A DNA stretch of 64,000 bases from an uncultured delta proteobacterium. GTDB taxonomy: Bacteria; Myxococcota; Myxococcia; Myxococcales; Myxococcaceae. The position numbers and the translations under genes are program-made. Positions 10,077 through 18,866 of the stretch are shown here, piece after piece. Location: assembly GCA_963713045.1 (NCBI GenBank), contig CAVQKE010000006.1, positions 1-64,000 of the forward strand, written 5' to 3'. Numbering within the stretch: position 1 is the first letter of the stretch; each line of letters opens with the position of its first letter. Under the pieces are notes generated by a model, which made no database searches, was not told the DNA's origin, and worked only from the letters and a program-made list of their open reading frames with translations.

Positions 10077-10852
10077 GACGTCCACCTCGGCGCGAAAGCC
10101 CGCGCTCCGCCCGGCGCCACCGCTTCCACCATCGGCAGGCCATACAGGGCCGCCAAGGTTTCGGCCCTCAGCCACTGCCCTGCGGGCCCCTGTCCCAGCA
10201 CGCTGCCGTCGCGGAGGAGAAGCACGTTGTCCGCGACGCTGGCCGCCAGGTTGGCGTCATGCAGCACCGCCACCGCCGCGAGGCCGGCGTCCACCCGGGC
10301 CCGGACGCGCTGAAGCACGTGCACCTGGTGGCGGAGGTCCAAAAAAGCCGTGGGCTCGTCCAGCAGCAGCAACTCCGGCCCTTGGGCCAGTGCCCGGGCC
10401 AACAACAGCAAACGCTTTTCCCCGCCGGACAACTCGCCCGTCCGCCGCCGGGCCAGCTGGGCAATGCCCAGCTCCTCCAGCGCCTCGCGGCCGAGCGCCA
10501 CGTCACGCGCTGAAGGCACCCCCCAGGGCCCGAGGTGCGGCGAGCGGCCCATCAAGACGAATTCCAGTCCAGTAAAGCCCGCGTCCGCCTCGAAATTCTG
10601 CGGCACCCAGGCCACCCGACGCGCCAGCGCCTGACGCTCCCAGCGTCCCGGGCGTTGGCCGAAGAGGAGGACGTCGCCCGCCACCGGTGCAAGCCAGCCC
10701 AGGGCGGTGCGCAACAGCGTGCTCTTGCCCGCGCCATTCGGGCCCAGCACCGCCCACAGCGAGCCTTTTGCCACCCCGAAGGTGACGCCGGAGGCCACCG
10801 GCACTCCGCTGTAGCCCACCGCCAACCCTGCCGTGGCCAACAGCGGAGTCAT
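10073..10852 (-). CDS. Cobalamin/Fe-siderophore ABC transporter ATPase (BtuD/FepC-like)
   Basis: GPNGAGKST, LSGGE, LLLDEPT, VLHD. Confidence 0.92.
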   Translation of the reverse strand: MTPLLATAGLAVGYSGVPVASGVTFGVAKGSLWAVLGPNGAGKSTLLRTALGWLAPVAGDVLLFGQRPGRWERQALARRVAWVPQNFEADAGFTGLEFVLMGRSPHLGPWGVPSARDVALGREALEELGIAQLARRRTGELSGGEKRLLLLARALAQGPELLLLDEPTAFLDLRHQVHVLQRVRARVDAGLAAVAVLHDANLAASVADNVLLLRDGSVLGQGPAGQWLRAETLAALYGLPMVEAVAPGGARAFAPRWTS

Positions 10853-11880
10853 TGGGGCACGGGCCCCCGCCGCAACAGGAAGAGGAAAAGGGGCCCGCCC
10901 AGCACCGCAGTCACCACCCCCACCGGCAATTCGGCGTGGAAGAGGGGAAACAAGAGCCGCGTGAGGAGGTCCGACAGGACGAGGAAGGCGGCGCCGCCCA
11001 GCGCGCTGGCCGGCACCAGAAGGCGTTGGTCCGGGCCCAGAAGCAACCGCAACAGGTGGGGGACGATGAGGCCGACGAAGCCCACCAACCCCGAGAGGGC
11101 CACCGCCCCAGCGACGCTGAGGGAAGCGGCCAGCAGCACCACCGTCCGCGCGCGCTGCACCCGCACGCCCAGCGAAGATGCCTCCTCGTCGCCCAGGGCG
11201 AGCAGGTTGAGGCGCCCGGACTGGCGCCACAGCACGCCCAAGGTGGCCAGCTGCAGCACCGCCGCCCAAACCAGCGTCCGCGGCGCCTCATACCCGAGGC
11301 TGCCCGCCAGCCAGTAAAGAATCTCGCCCAGCTTGTCCGGGGAGACGAGTGTCTTGATGCAGGTGATGGCCGCCGAGGCGAAGGCGTTGAAGACGACGCC
11401 CGTCAACAACGCTGCCTCCGGCGAGCGGCGCGAGCGCCCCACCGCCAGCACCAGCGCCATGGCAGCCACCGAGCCGAGGAAAGCGAAGAGGGAGGGGGCC
11501 ACCAGCGCCGTCAGCCCCAGCGCCAGCGCCACGGTGGCGCCGAGGGCCGCCCCACCGGAGACGCCGAGGATGAAGGGGTCCGCCAAGGGATTTCTCAACA
11601 GCCCCTGCAGGGCGCTGCCGCTCGCCCCCAGCGACGCGCCCACCAGGGCCCCCAGGACGGCCCGGGGCATGCGCAGTCGCCACAGCACGGTGGCGTCCAC
11701 CGAGGCGGGATGATGCAGTGCCTGGCCCAAAGACAGGGGGTATTCGCCGACGACGGCCGAGACCAGGACCGCCCCCACCGCGACCACGGCCAGCACCAGG
11801 AGGATGGCGGCCGCGCGCCCGGCCGAGAAGCGCAGCTCGGGCGCCCAAAAGCGGTGCGGGGCGACGGTGAGGGTATTCAT
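10849..11880 (-). CDS. Cobalamin/Fe-siderophore ABC transporter permease (BtuC/FecCD)
   Basis: LRMPR, LQGLLRNPLADPFILGVSGGA, LGDEEASSLG, GFVGLIVPH, ELPVGVVTA. Confidence 0.93.
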   Translation of the reverse strand: MNTLTVAPHRFWAPELRFSAGRAAAILLVLAVVAVGAVLVSAVVGEYPLSLGQALHHPASVDATVLWRLRMPRAVLGALVGASLGASGSALQGLLRNPLADPFILGVSGGAALGATVALALGLTALVAPSLFAFLGSVAAMALVLAVGRSRRSPEAALLTGVVFNAFASAAITCIKTLVSPDKLGEILYWLAGSLGYEAPRTLVWAAVLQLATLGVLWRQSGRLNLLALGDEEASSLGVRVQRARTVVLLAASLSVAGAVALSGLVGFVGLIVPHLLRLLLGPDQRLLVPASALGGAAFLVLSDLLTRLLFPLFHAELPVGVVTAVLGGPLFLFLLRRGPVPQ

Positions 11881-12727
11881 CGGCCCGCCTCCGGCGCAGC
11901 TTCTGGATGAAGCGCCAAGAAGAGTTCCTCGAGGCCCTGGCCGAGGGCCGGCCCCGGATGCAACAGGGCGGCGGAGGGCAGCCGCACCCACCGCGCCTCC
12001 TGGAGTCCGGGCAGCGCCTGCAGCGTCTCGCGGCCAACCGCGCCGTCCGAGGCGTCCAGCACCACGTCCGGCCGGGCGCCCAGCGCCCGCTCCACCGACC
12101 ACACCGGGTAGGGCCGTCCGGCGTCGGCCGCCACATTGGTTGCGCCGGCGTCCGTCAGCAACTCATCCGCAAAGCTCCCCGGGCCTGCAACCACCAGCGG
12201 TTCAAAGCCATAGGCGAAAAGGACGCGCACCGGCTTCACAAGGCGGGCCCGCTGCCTGACGCGGCGTTGGCTGACCTGCAGCGCTTCCACCAGGCGTCGC
12301 CCTTTTGGCGGCGTCCCAGCGCCGCCGCGGTGGCCCGAAGCCCGGCCAGCACGTCGTCCACGCTGGACAGGCGCAGCGCCAGGACGCTGATGCCGAGGCT
12401 GGCCAAGGCTTGCACCGGTCCGCGGTTTCCAGGACTGGGCTGCACCAGCACCAAGTCCGGCTTCAGCGCCGCCACCGCCTCGACGCTTGGGTCCACAAAC
12501 CCGCCCACCCTGGGCAGCGCCCGCACTTCCGGCCGTTGGTCAAAGCTGGAGACGCCCACCAACACTTCCTGGGCCCCGAGGGCCAGCACCGTGTCGGTGA
12601 GGGAAGGCGCCAGCGTCACCACCCGCCGCACCACCGGCGGCGCCGGCGGCCCCAGCGCCTGCACCGGCGAAGGCGGGGCGCCGGCCGCTGACAGGCCGAG
12701 ACCGAGGAGTGCAGCGGCCCACCTCAC
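11877..12727 (-). CDS. Periplasmic cobalamin-binding protein (BtuF-like), one apparent frameshift near 12293
   Basis: RRVVTLAPSLTDTVLALG, VGGFVDPSVEAVAALKPDLV, AGPGSFADELL, HPGP. Confidence 0.85.
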
Positions 12728-14457
12728 GGGACGGTCAGGACGTCCGAGACGCTGGAGATGCCGCCAGGACAGGGCTGCAGCGGCACCCCGCCATCCGGGC
12801 CGTAGCCCACCAGCTGCGACAGCTGCCCCTGGCCGCTGATGTTGAGGACGAAGACGCGTCCGGAGCTTTGGTCTCCAACGTAAGCCCGGCCATTCACCAC
12901 ACTCAGCGCACCGGCGATGGGCGGGATGCAGGCCGGGCCGGCGTCCGGACACTGGGGCGACCAGGAGGACAACAGGTTGTCGTCGACGTCCAACAGCAGC
13001 ACCGCCGAGCGGTCCACGGCCTGGGTGGCGAACGTCGTCGTGTTGTAGGTGACGGCACCGAAGCAGGAGACCAAAAGCTGTCCGGACGCCTCGGCCATGG
13101 CCACGGCGTCCAGGCACACGCCGGCGTCCAGCGTGACGAGGGAGGCAATGGAACCCACTCCGCCATCGAGCGGTTGGGTGGGGTCGATTTTGGCCAGCAC
13201 CGACGGGCCAGCCGGGCTGTAGTCGGCGGCCAGGTTGTTCAGCACCACGTACACAAAGCCGTCGTGAAGCAGGGCCTGGCTCGGACGCGGGAAACTTGCC
13301 CCACCGTCAAACGTCTGCAGCGGGAGGCCATTCAGGTTGTAGGCGCCGAGCAGCACCGGGGCGTTGGGGACGGTGAGGTCCAGCAGTTGCACCGTTCCGC
13401 CGGCGTCTTCGGTGCCCGGGTAACCTCCGTAAAGGGGGACATAAATTTGGTTGCCCACCCGGGCATACGGCTCCGGGGTGGTGTTGGGCCCGAAGACGTA
13501 GCCGCCGTCGATGGACAGGCCGAGGGCCTGCAGGCTCCCATCCGGTGCCAGGACCGACGCCGTCGCGGCCGGAGGACCGCTGAGAATGGTCAGTGTGTTG
13601 CTATTTCCATCCACCACGTACACCCAGCTCCCCGCGTCGAAGCGCGTGTCCACCTCGAGGAAGTCTGGGCCACCCCCCAACGGCGGAGCCTCGGGCCCGG
13701 CGTCCAAGGCCAGGTTGCCGAGGGCGTATTCGCCGAGGAGGCCGACTTGCGCCACCAGCAGTCCATTGCCGAGGATGCCCAGCCCGTCGGGGACCGTCCC
13801 AACCAGAAGGACACCCGGGCCAGCAACGGGCTGCAGCGGGCTGTCGAAAATGGGAACGATGCTGGCACTGTTGGAGATGCAGGACACCACCGCGTCCGGA
13901 AGACAGCTGCCCGGCGGGCTTCCACTTGCCGTGGGGTGACAGTTGTAGCCCTGCGCGCAGACGTTGCCGCAGCCGCCGCAGTTGTTGGGGTCCGTGCTGA
14001 GGGTGACGCACGCCCCATTGCAGGCGACCGCCGTTCCGCAGTTTGCCTGGCAGGTGCCGCCGCCTGCGTCGTTGGGCGCGCACACCTGGGCGGAGCCGCA
14101 CACCGAACCGCCGGAGCCGGCGCAGCCACCACAGTTGTCTGGGTCGGTGGTGATGTCCGTGCAGCTGCCGTTGCAGAGCAGGATGGTGCTGCCGCCGTCG
14201 GGAAGCGGATTGCCCTGAGGGCACTCGCACTGTCCCAGGCTGCCGCCGTCAATGGGCACGCACACCGCCCGGGGCTGACAAGCGTTGCCGCAAGAGCCGC
14301 AATTGGCTGGGTCGGCGTTGAGGTAGACGCAGGTGACGTTGCACTCGACGGTGCCTCCGGTACAGATGAGTGCCGACGACTGGAGGCAGCCCGAGAGGCC
14401 CAGCCCGATGGCCCAGGCCACAGCTGTCCAGGCCAGCACACCCTTTCGCTTGGTCAT
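12724..14457 (-). CDS. Lipoprotein with three Cys-rich DPxNCGxC repeats and a probable C-terminal beta-propeller (MXAN_6577-like)
   Basis: Lipobox LGLSGC; repeats DPANCGSC, DPDNCGGC, DPNNCGGC; beta-rich blades WVYVVD, IYVPL, VYVVLNN, AYVGDQ. Confidence 0.8.
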   Translation of the reverse strand: MTKRKGVLAWTAVAWAIGLGLSGCLQSSALICTGGTVECNVTCVYLNADPANCGSCGNACQPRAVCVPIDGGSLGQCECPQGNPLPDGGSTILLCNGSCTDITTDPDNCGGCAGSGGSVCGSAQVCAPNDAGGGTCQANCGTAVACNGACVTLSTDPNNCGGCGNVCAQGYNCHPTASGSPPGSCLPDAVVSCISNSASIVPIFDSPLQPVAGPGVLLVGTVPDGLGILGNGLLVAQVGLLGEYALGNLALDAGPEAPPLGGGPDFLEVDTRFDAGSWVYVVDGNSNTLTILSGPPAATASVLAPDGSLQALGLSIDGGYVFGPNTTPEPYARVGNQIYVPLYGGYPGTEDAGGTVQLLDLTVPNAPVLLGAYNLNGLPLQTFDGGASFPRPSQALLHDGFVYVVLNNLAADYSPAGPSVLAKIDPTQPLDGGVGSIASLVTLDAGVCLDAVAMAEASGQLLVSCFGAVTYNTTTFATQAVDRSAVLLLDVDDNLLSSWSPQCPDAGPACIPPIAGALSVVNGRAYVGDQSSGRVFVLNISGQGQLSQLVGYGPDGGVPLQPCPGGISSVSDVLTVP

Positions 14458-16412
14458 CACGGCGGTGTCTCCCCTTGTCGTTGCTGGTGTTTCGTGCCCG
14501 TTCCGCCCAGGGCGAAGGCCAGCGTGCCGTACACGGCGCGCCCCGGAAGCGGGTATCCGTCCAAGTCCTGTCCTTGGACGTTGAAGATGTTGCTGACCTG
14601 CACCGAGGCGGTGAGGCGCCAGCTGGCCGCATTCCACGCCACCACGTCCAGCCCTGCTCCGACGAAGACGTGCCCGGGTAATTCTAGGACGGCGGCGCGG
14701 TTGACGGTGACGGAGGAGCGCCCTTCCACCGTGACGCGCGCCTGAAGCCAGTCGGGCCCTGCCGCGAGCCGCGCTGAACCAAGCTGCGTCGGCCGGTAGG
14801 GCAAAGGCTTTCCATAGTAGGGCGCGACGTCGCGGACATTTTCTGTCTGCTGCAGGGTGTAGGTGGCCTGGGCGTCGAGCCAAGGCCAGGGGCGCAACCG
14901 CGCCTCAGCCTCCATCCCCTCGGCGTCGGCGGCGCTGATGTTTTCAGGCCGCGCGAAGAAGGGCGGGTAATATTCATAGGTGATGAGGTTCTGGTAGCGC
15001 GTCCAGAAGCCGCCGACGCTGGCGGTGGCCCAGCGGTTCGCGTACAGAAGCGCGCCGTCCACCGAGAAGCTGCGCTCGGGCTGAAGGTTGGGGTTGACGC
15101 CCAGCGTCCCGGTGGGGAGGTACAGCTCCTGAAAGGACGGCGGCCGAAAGCCATAGCCGGCATTGGCGCGCAGGGAGAAGCCCGCCGGCAGCGCCGCCCA
15201 GGCCCCCAGCTTGGGAGACACGGCTGCGTAGGGGCCGGACTGGTCGACCCCCACCACACCCACCAGCGAGGCGTGCCCCGGCCACCACAGCCACTCGTCC
15301 TTCAGGCTGAGAGACGTAAGCGCCCAGGTGGGCGAGCCGCCGGTGGCGCGCACCTCGGCAACGCCCACCGAGGCCGACGCCGCCAGGGCGTGCCGGCCGA
15401 GCGGCAAGGACGCATCCGCCGTGACCGTGGACTGCCACAGCCGGTCATATTCCCCCGGCGCGAAGGGGCCACCGGTCAGGTTGTCCGTCTCCCGTCGGCC
15501 ATCCAGGCGCAGCGCCAGCACCAGGCCATTGGAGAAGGTGTGCTGGGTGCGGAGGGCGGCCAGAATTCGGGAGGCGCTTTGCTCGGCGGTGGGGGTGGGG
15601 TTGTCCTCGGTGCCGGCCAGCCCCCGGGACAGCACATTGGCCTCCCCCAGCGCGTCCAGCGTCCAGCCAGACACGTCCCAGCCGCCTTTCAGAAGGCCGC
15701 CGCCGCTGGCCGCCTGGTTGTTGACCCGCACCAGCTGCTGGCCAGTCGCCCCTGGGACGCCCACCAGCGGCTGGTAGGTGTACGGGAAGTTGCCTTCCGA
15801 ATACGCCCCATGCAGCACCACCAGGCCGGTCCCGCCCAGGGCTGGGCCTGAGGCGCCCAGGCTTCCGCGAAACGTGTCAAAGCTTCCTGCGGTGAAGTCT
15901 CCAAAGAAGGTGGGGACCTCCTCGACCCGACGGGTGACGAGATTCACCACCCCTCCCAATGCGAGTGGGCCATAGCCAGCACTGGCGCTGCCGCGCAGCA
16001 CTTCGGCCCGGTCGAGAATGGCCGGAGGGACGAGGCTGACGTCGGCAATGTCCCCCGGGCCGTTGAGGGGAATGCCGTCGAGCAGCACCAAGACGCCGGT
16101 GCTGGGGGCGCCCCGCAGTGAAATGCTTTCACTCTGCCCCAGGCCGCCGCTGCTATTCACCACCGCGCCCGGCACCTGGGACAGCAGCGCCCCGGTGGAC
16201 AGCAACTCGGCCCGACGGCCGGACAGCTCCACCACCGACGTCTGGCCGGTGGGGTCGCGCTGCGAGGGAGATTCCGGAACGGCTGGGGCAGGCGGCAGAG
16301 GCACCGTCACCGGTGGCAGCAGCACCGGCTCCGAGGACGACTGTCCCCAGGCCAGGGAAGCCATTCCCAACGCCGGTCCGAGGCCGCGCCGGGCCCATCG
16401 CCAAGACACCAT
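14457..16412 (-). CDS. TonB-dependent receptor, probable cobalamin transporter (BtuB-like)
   Basis: Plug motifs SLRG, VLVLLDGIPLN, AEVLRGSASAGYG...GGVVNLVT; barrel motifs RPPSFQELY, NPNLQPE, GYPLPGR; lies directly behind a cobalamin riboswitch. Confidence 0.9.
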   Translation of the reverse strand: MVSWRWARRGLGPALGMASLAWGQSSSEPVLLPPVTVPLPPAPAVPESPSQRDPTGQTSVVELSGRRAELLSTGALLSQVPGAVVNSSGGLGQSESISLRGAPSTGVLVLLDGIPLNGPGDIADVSLVPPAILDRAEVLRGSASAGYGPLALGGVVNLVTRRVEEVPTFFGDFTAGSFDTFRGSLGASGPALGGTGLVVLHGAYSEGNFPYTYQPLVGVPGATGQQLVRVNNQAASGGGLLKGGWDVSGWTLDALGEANVLSRGLAGTEDNPTPTAEQSASRILAALRTQHTFSNGLVLALRLDGRRETDNLTGGPFAPGEYDRLWQSTVTADASLPLGRHALAASASVGVAEVRATGGSPTWALTSLSLKDEWLWWPGHASLVGVVGVDQSGPYAAVSPKLGAWAALPAGFSLRANAGYGFRPPSFQELYLPTGTLGVNPNLQPERSFSVDGALLYANRWATASVGGFWTRYQNLITYEYYPPFFARPENISAADAEGMEAEARLRPWPWLDAQATYTLQQTENVRDVAPYYGKPLPYRPTQLGSARLAAGPDWLQARVTVEGRSSVTVNRAAVLELPGHVFVGAGLDVVAWNAASWRLTASVQVSNIFNVQGQDLDGYPLPGRAVYGTLAFALGGTGTKHQQRQGETPP

Positions 16413-16420
16413 GCCACACG

Positions 16421-16450
16421 CCTTCCTCTCTCTCCGACGAAGAGAGAAGG
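16421..16450 (-). promoter_or_regulatory. Shine-Dalgarno-sequestering hairpin (riboswitch expression platform)
   Basis: Minus strand CCTTCTCTCT-TCGTCG-GAGAGAGAGGAAGG ending 8 nt before ATG 16412. Confidence 0.65.
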
Positions 16451-16487
16451 CCACCCGGCAGGCTCCCTCGGGGGGAGTCGACCGGAC

Positions 16488-16719
16488 CTCGGGCAGGTCT
16501 CCTGGCTTCCGGAGCCCGGACGCTGGTGCACCCCAGTGGTGCGTTTGCGCCCGACGCTTCTTCCTCCCACCTTCCCACAAGGGCCCTCGGGCCCGTGCAG
16601 TGGCGACGACTGGAGGCTGGAGCGGGCCCTGTTCCTCAGGGCCTCCCGGTCACAGTGGCGGGACCGCGCCGGATTCTCACCGGCTTCCCTCTTCGCCCAA
16701 CGTGGGCACCCGAAGGCAG
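16488..16719 (-). ncRNA. Cobalamin (AdoCbl-class) riboswitch
   Basis: Minus strand GGTGCCC...AAGAGGGAAGCCGGTGAGAATCCGGCGCGGTCCCGCCACTGTGA...GCCACTG...GGGAAGG...AGCCAGGAGACCTGCC. Confidence 0.95.
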
Positions 16720-16924
16720 CGGAGGTCTCGCACGGGCGGCCTCGCTGCGCAAGGGCTGCGCGCCAGGGGAAGCCTGACAGACACCTCGCGCGGTCCGCCC
16801 CGAGGCCCCTCCCAGCGCCGGGCCGCTGCTGTTGGGGCGCGCTTTCCCGCCGGCCCCGGGCCACTTTTGGCAGACAGGCACCGCGCGACGTGCGTAGTCT
16901 CCTGGGGATGGAGGGCTTTCCCGC

Positions 16925-17272
16925 GTGCGCCGTTTAAGCCTCGCAGTCTGCTTCGCCCTGGCCGCTGTGGGCTGTAACAACTCCATCATCTGCAATGACG
17001 TCAGCAGCTACGTCTCCTCGTGTGAGTCGTTTGCCTGCGCCAGCTGTAAGGTGTCCAGCAGTTGCATGGCCGGGGTCAACGTCGATACCTGTGCCCAAAT
17101 CCTCAGCGACAACTACCAGTGCACTACCCAACGCTGTGAACCGGGGTTGGTCTTCAGCCCGACCGGGGCGGAGGCCTGCCTTCAGGGCTACGAAGCCCAG
17201 GATTGCGCGGACAACCAGGCCGGCACCACGCCCACCGCCTGTTCCAACAACCCCATCTGCGTCAGCCCCTGA
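16925..17272 (+). CDS. Small Cys-rich lipoprotein, unknown function
   Basis: Signal peptide II ending LAAVGC; 12 further Cys in about 98 aa. Confidence 0.7.
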   Translation: MRRLSLAVCFALAAVGCNNSIICNDVSSYVSSCESFACASCKVSSSCMAGVNVDTCAQILSDNYQCTTQRCEPGLVFSPTGAEACLQGYEAQDCADNQAGTTPTACSNNPICVSP

Positions 17273-17308
17273 CGTCGCGCCGCTGCCGCCGGCTCCGCCC
17301 AAGCCATT

Positions 17309-18739
17309 TCACAGAAGCGAGTCGGCCAGCCGGGCGGTATTTTGGGCCACCCGCTGCGGCAGCGGCCGGCGGCTCCACTCCTCTTTGGTAAGTTCCCGGG
17401 CGTGGGCGAAGTAGCGGTTCTGCACTGCCTCGAAGGCGGCCACCACCTCGGCGTCGTAGACCAAAAGGCTCACCTCCGAGTCCAATGCGAAGGAGCGGAT
17501 GTCCATATTCACCGAGCCCACCACCGCCAGCCAGCGGTCCACCGTCACGTGCTTGGCGTGCAGAAGGTGGGGGGCGTAAAGGTGGATGTGGATGCCCGCC
17601 TCCAGAAGCCGGGCGTAGTCCGACTCCTGCGCCCAGTTGGTGATGAGCTTGTTGCTGTGCTCGGGCAGCACCAGCCGCACCTCCGCGCCGCGGAGCGCGG
17701 CCGTTTCCATCGCTTGCAGGAAGGGCTCGTCGGGGACGAAGTACGGTGTCGTCATCACCACCCGTTCGACCGCCTCGTGGAGCACGTCCACCAGCATCGT
17801 CTGCTGGTTCTCGTGCGCGTAGCCTGGACCGCTGGGCAACACCTGCGCCGTCGAGGTGCCGACCGGGTCCTTCGGCGGGAGCAGCTCGCCCAGCTCCAAG
17901 CGGTTTTCCGTTTCCTGGTAGCGGTCGGCGAGAAACACCGCCTGCAGCTGCACCACCACCGGGCCCGTCACGCGGACCATCAGCTCCTCATTGGGGTAGG
18001 CGGGGACAAAGTCCGGGTTGACGATGTTCTGCGAGCCGACGTAGCCAATTCTTCCGTCGATGACGGCTATTTTCCGGTGGTTGCGCAGGTCGAGCCGGGC
18101 TGCGTTGCGCCGGAGGAAATTCACGGGCAGCGCCGCAATCACTTCGATGCCGGCCTGGCGCAGCTCCGGCCCGAGCCGGCGCAGACCGGCCGCCGACCCC
18201 ACCGCGTCCATCAGCACCCGACAACTCACCCCGCGGCCTTGGGCCCGCAGCAGCGCCGAGGCGACTTTCCGGCCAGTCTGGTCCGGGGCAAAAATGTAAA
18301 AGAGGAGGTGGACGTGGCGCTCGGCAGCGTCGATGTCCTCCACCAGCCGGTCAATGGCCGGCTGGTACTCCGGAAGCAGCTCCACGCGATTGCCTTCCAG
18401 CGGTTCAAAGTCTCCAAGGCGCTGCACCAGCCGCGCCGTCCTCTCAGCGGGCCCGCCCAGTTGAGGCGGACGGAAGGCGCTGAGCGAGCGCATCTCCTTC
18501 TGGACGCCGCGGATGCGCAGCACCGCACGCGCCTCGTCGGCCAGCCGCCGGCGCGGGTAGCGGATGCGCCCGATGAGCGCGTACAGGGCCACGCCCACCC
18601 AAGGGACGAGGAAGATGAGCACCAGCCAGGCCCGGGCGGCAGCGGCGCTGCGGCGCTGCGGTACGTAAACCAGCATCACCAGGCGGATGACCCATTCGCT
18701 CAGCACATACAAAAGTCCCCAGCTGAAGCTCATCTGCAC
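17309..18739 (-). CDS. cls: Cardiolipin synthase
   Basis: N-terminal TMs with AWL motif; two HKD motifs RNHRKIAVIDG and LHAKHVTVD; GSVNMDIRSF. Confidence 0.93.
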   Translation of the reverse strand: MQMSFSWGLLYVLSEWVIRLVMLVYVPQRRSAAAARAWLVLIFLVPWVGVALYALIGRIRYPRRRLADEARAVLRIRGVQKEMRSLSAFRPPQLGGPAERTARLVQRLGDFEPLEGNRVELLPEYQPAIDRLVEDIDAAERHVHLLFYIFAPDQTGRKVASALLRAQGRGVSCRVLMDAVGSAAGLRRLGPELRQAGIEVIAALPVNFLRRNAARLDLRNHRKIAVIDGRIGYVGSQNIVNPDFVPAYPNEELMVRVTGPVVVQLQAVFLADRYQETENRLELGELLPPKDPVGTSTAQVLPSGPGYAHENQQTMLVDVLHEAVERVVMTTPYFVPDEPFLQAMETAALRGAEVRLVLPEHSNKLITNWAQESDYARLLEAGIHIHLYAPHLLHAKHVTVDRWLAVVGSVNMDIRSFALDSEVSLLVYDAEVVAAFEAVQNRYFAHARELTKEEWSRRPLPQRVAQNTARLADSLL

Positions 18740-18866
18740 CTCCGGGCCCCCCTAGCTTAGCGGCACCCGCGGGCCGGACTTCTTCCTTCCACCGGCCAAG
18801 GGGCCTTGCATCGCCGACGCCGCCCGGCGGAAGAAGGGACCGCTCTCGGGCTTCGGAGGTTCCCCC

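Noticed and set aside
8488..12400. Frameshifts in the HIT, TonB and BtuF-like genes as pseudogenes or programmed shifts
   Set aside because: Single-base indels that fade with distance from the contig end, with motifs otherwise intact; best explained by low coverage
13960..14340. Repeats in the Cys-rich gene as a CRISPR or other DNA repeat array
   Set aside because: Repeats are conserved at protein level with synonymous variation and no repeat-spacer structure; no cas genes
3850..16719. Functional link between the B12-binding radical SAM and the B12 uptake operon
   Set aside because: They lie on opposite sides of the probable chimera junction and the radical SAM gene is inactivated
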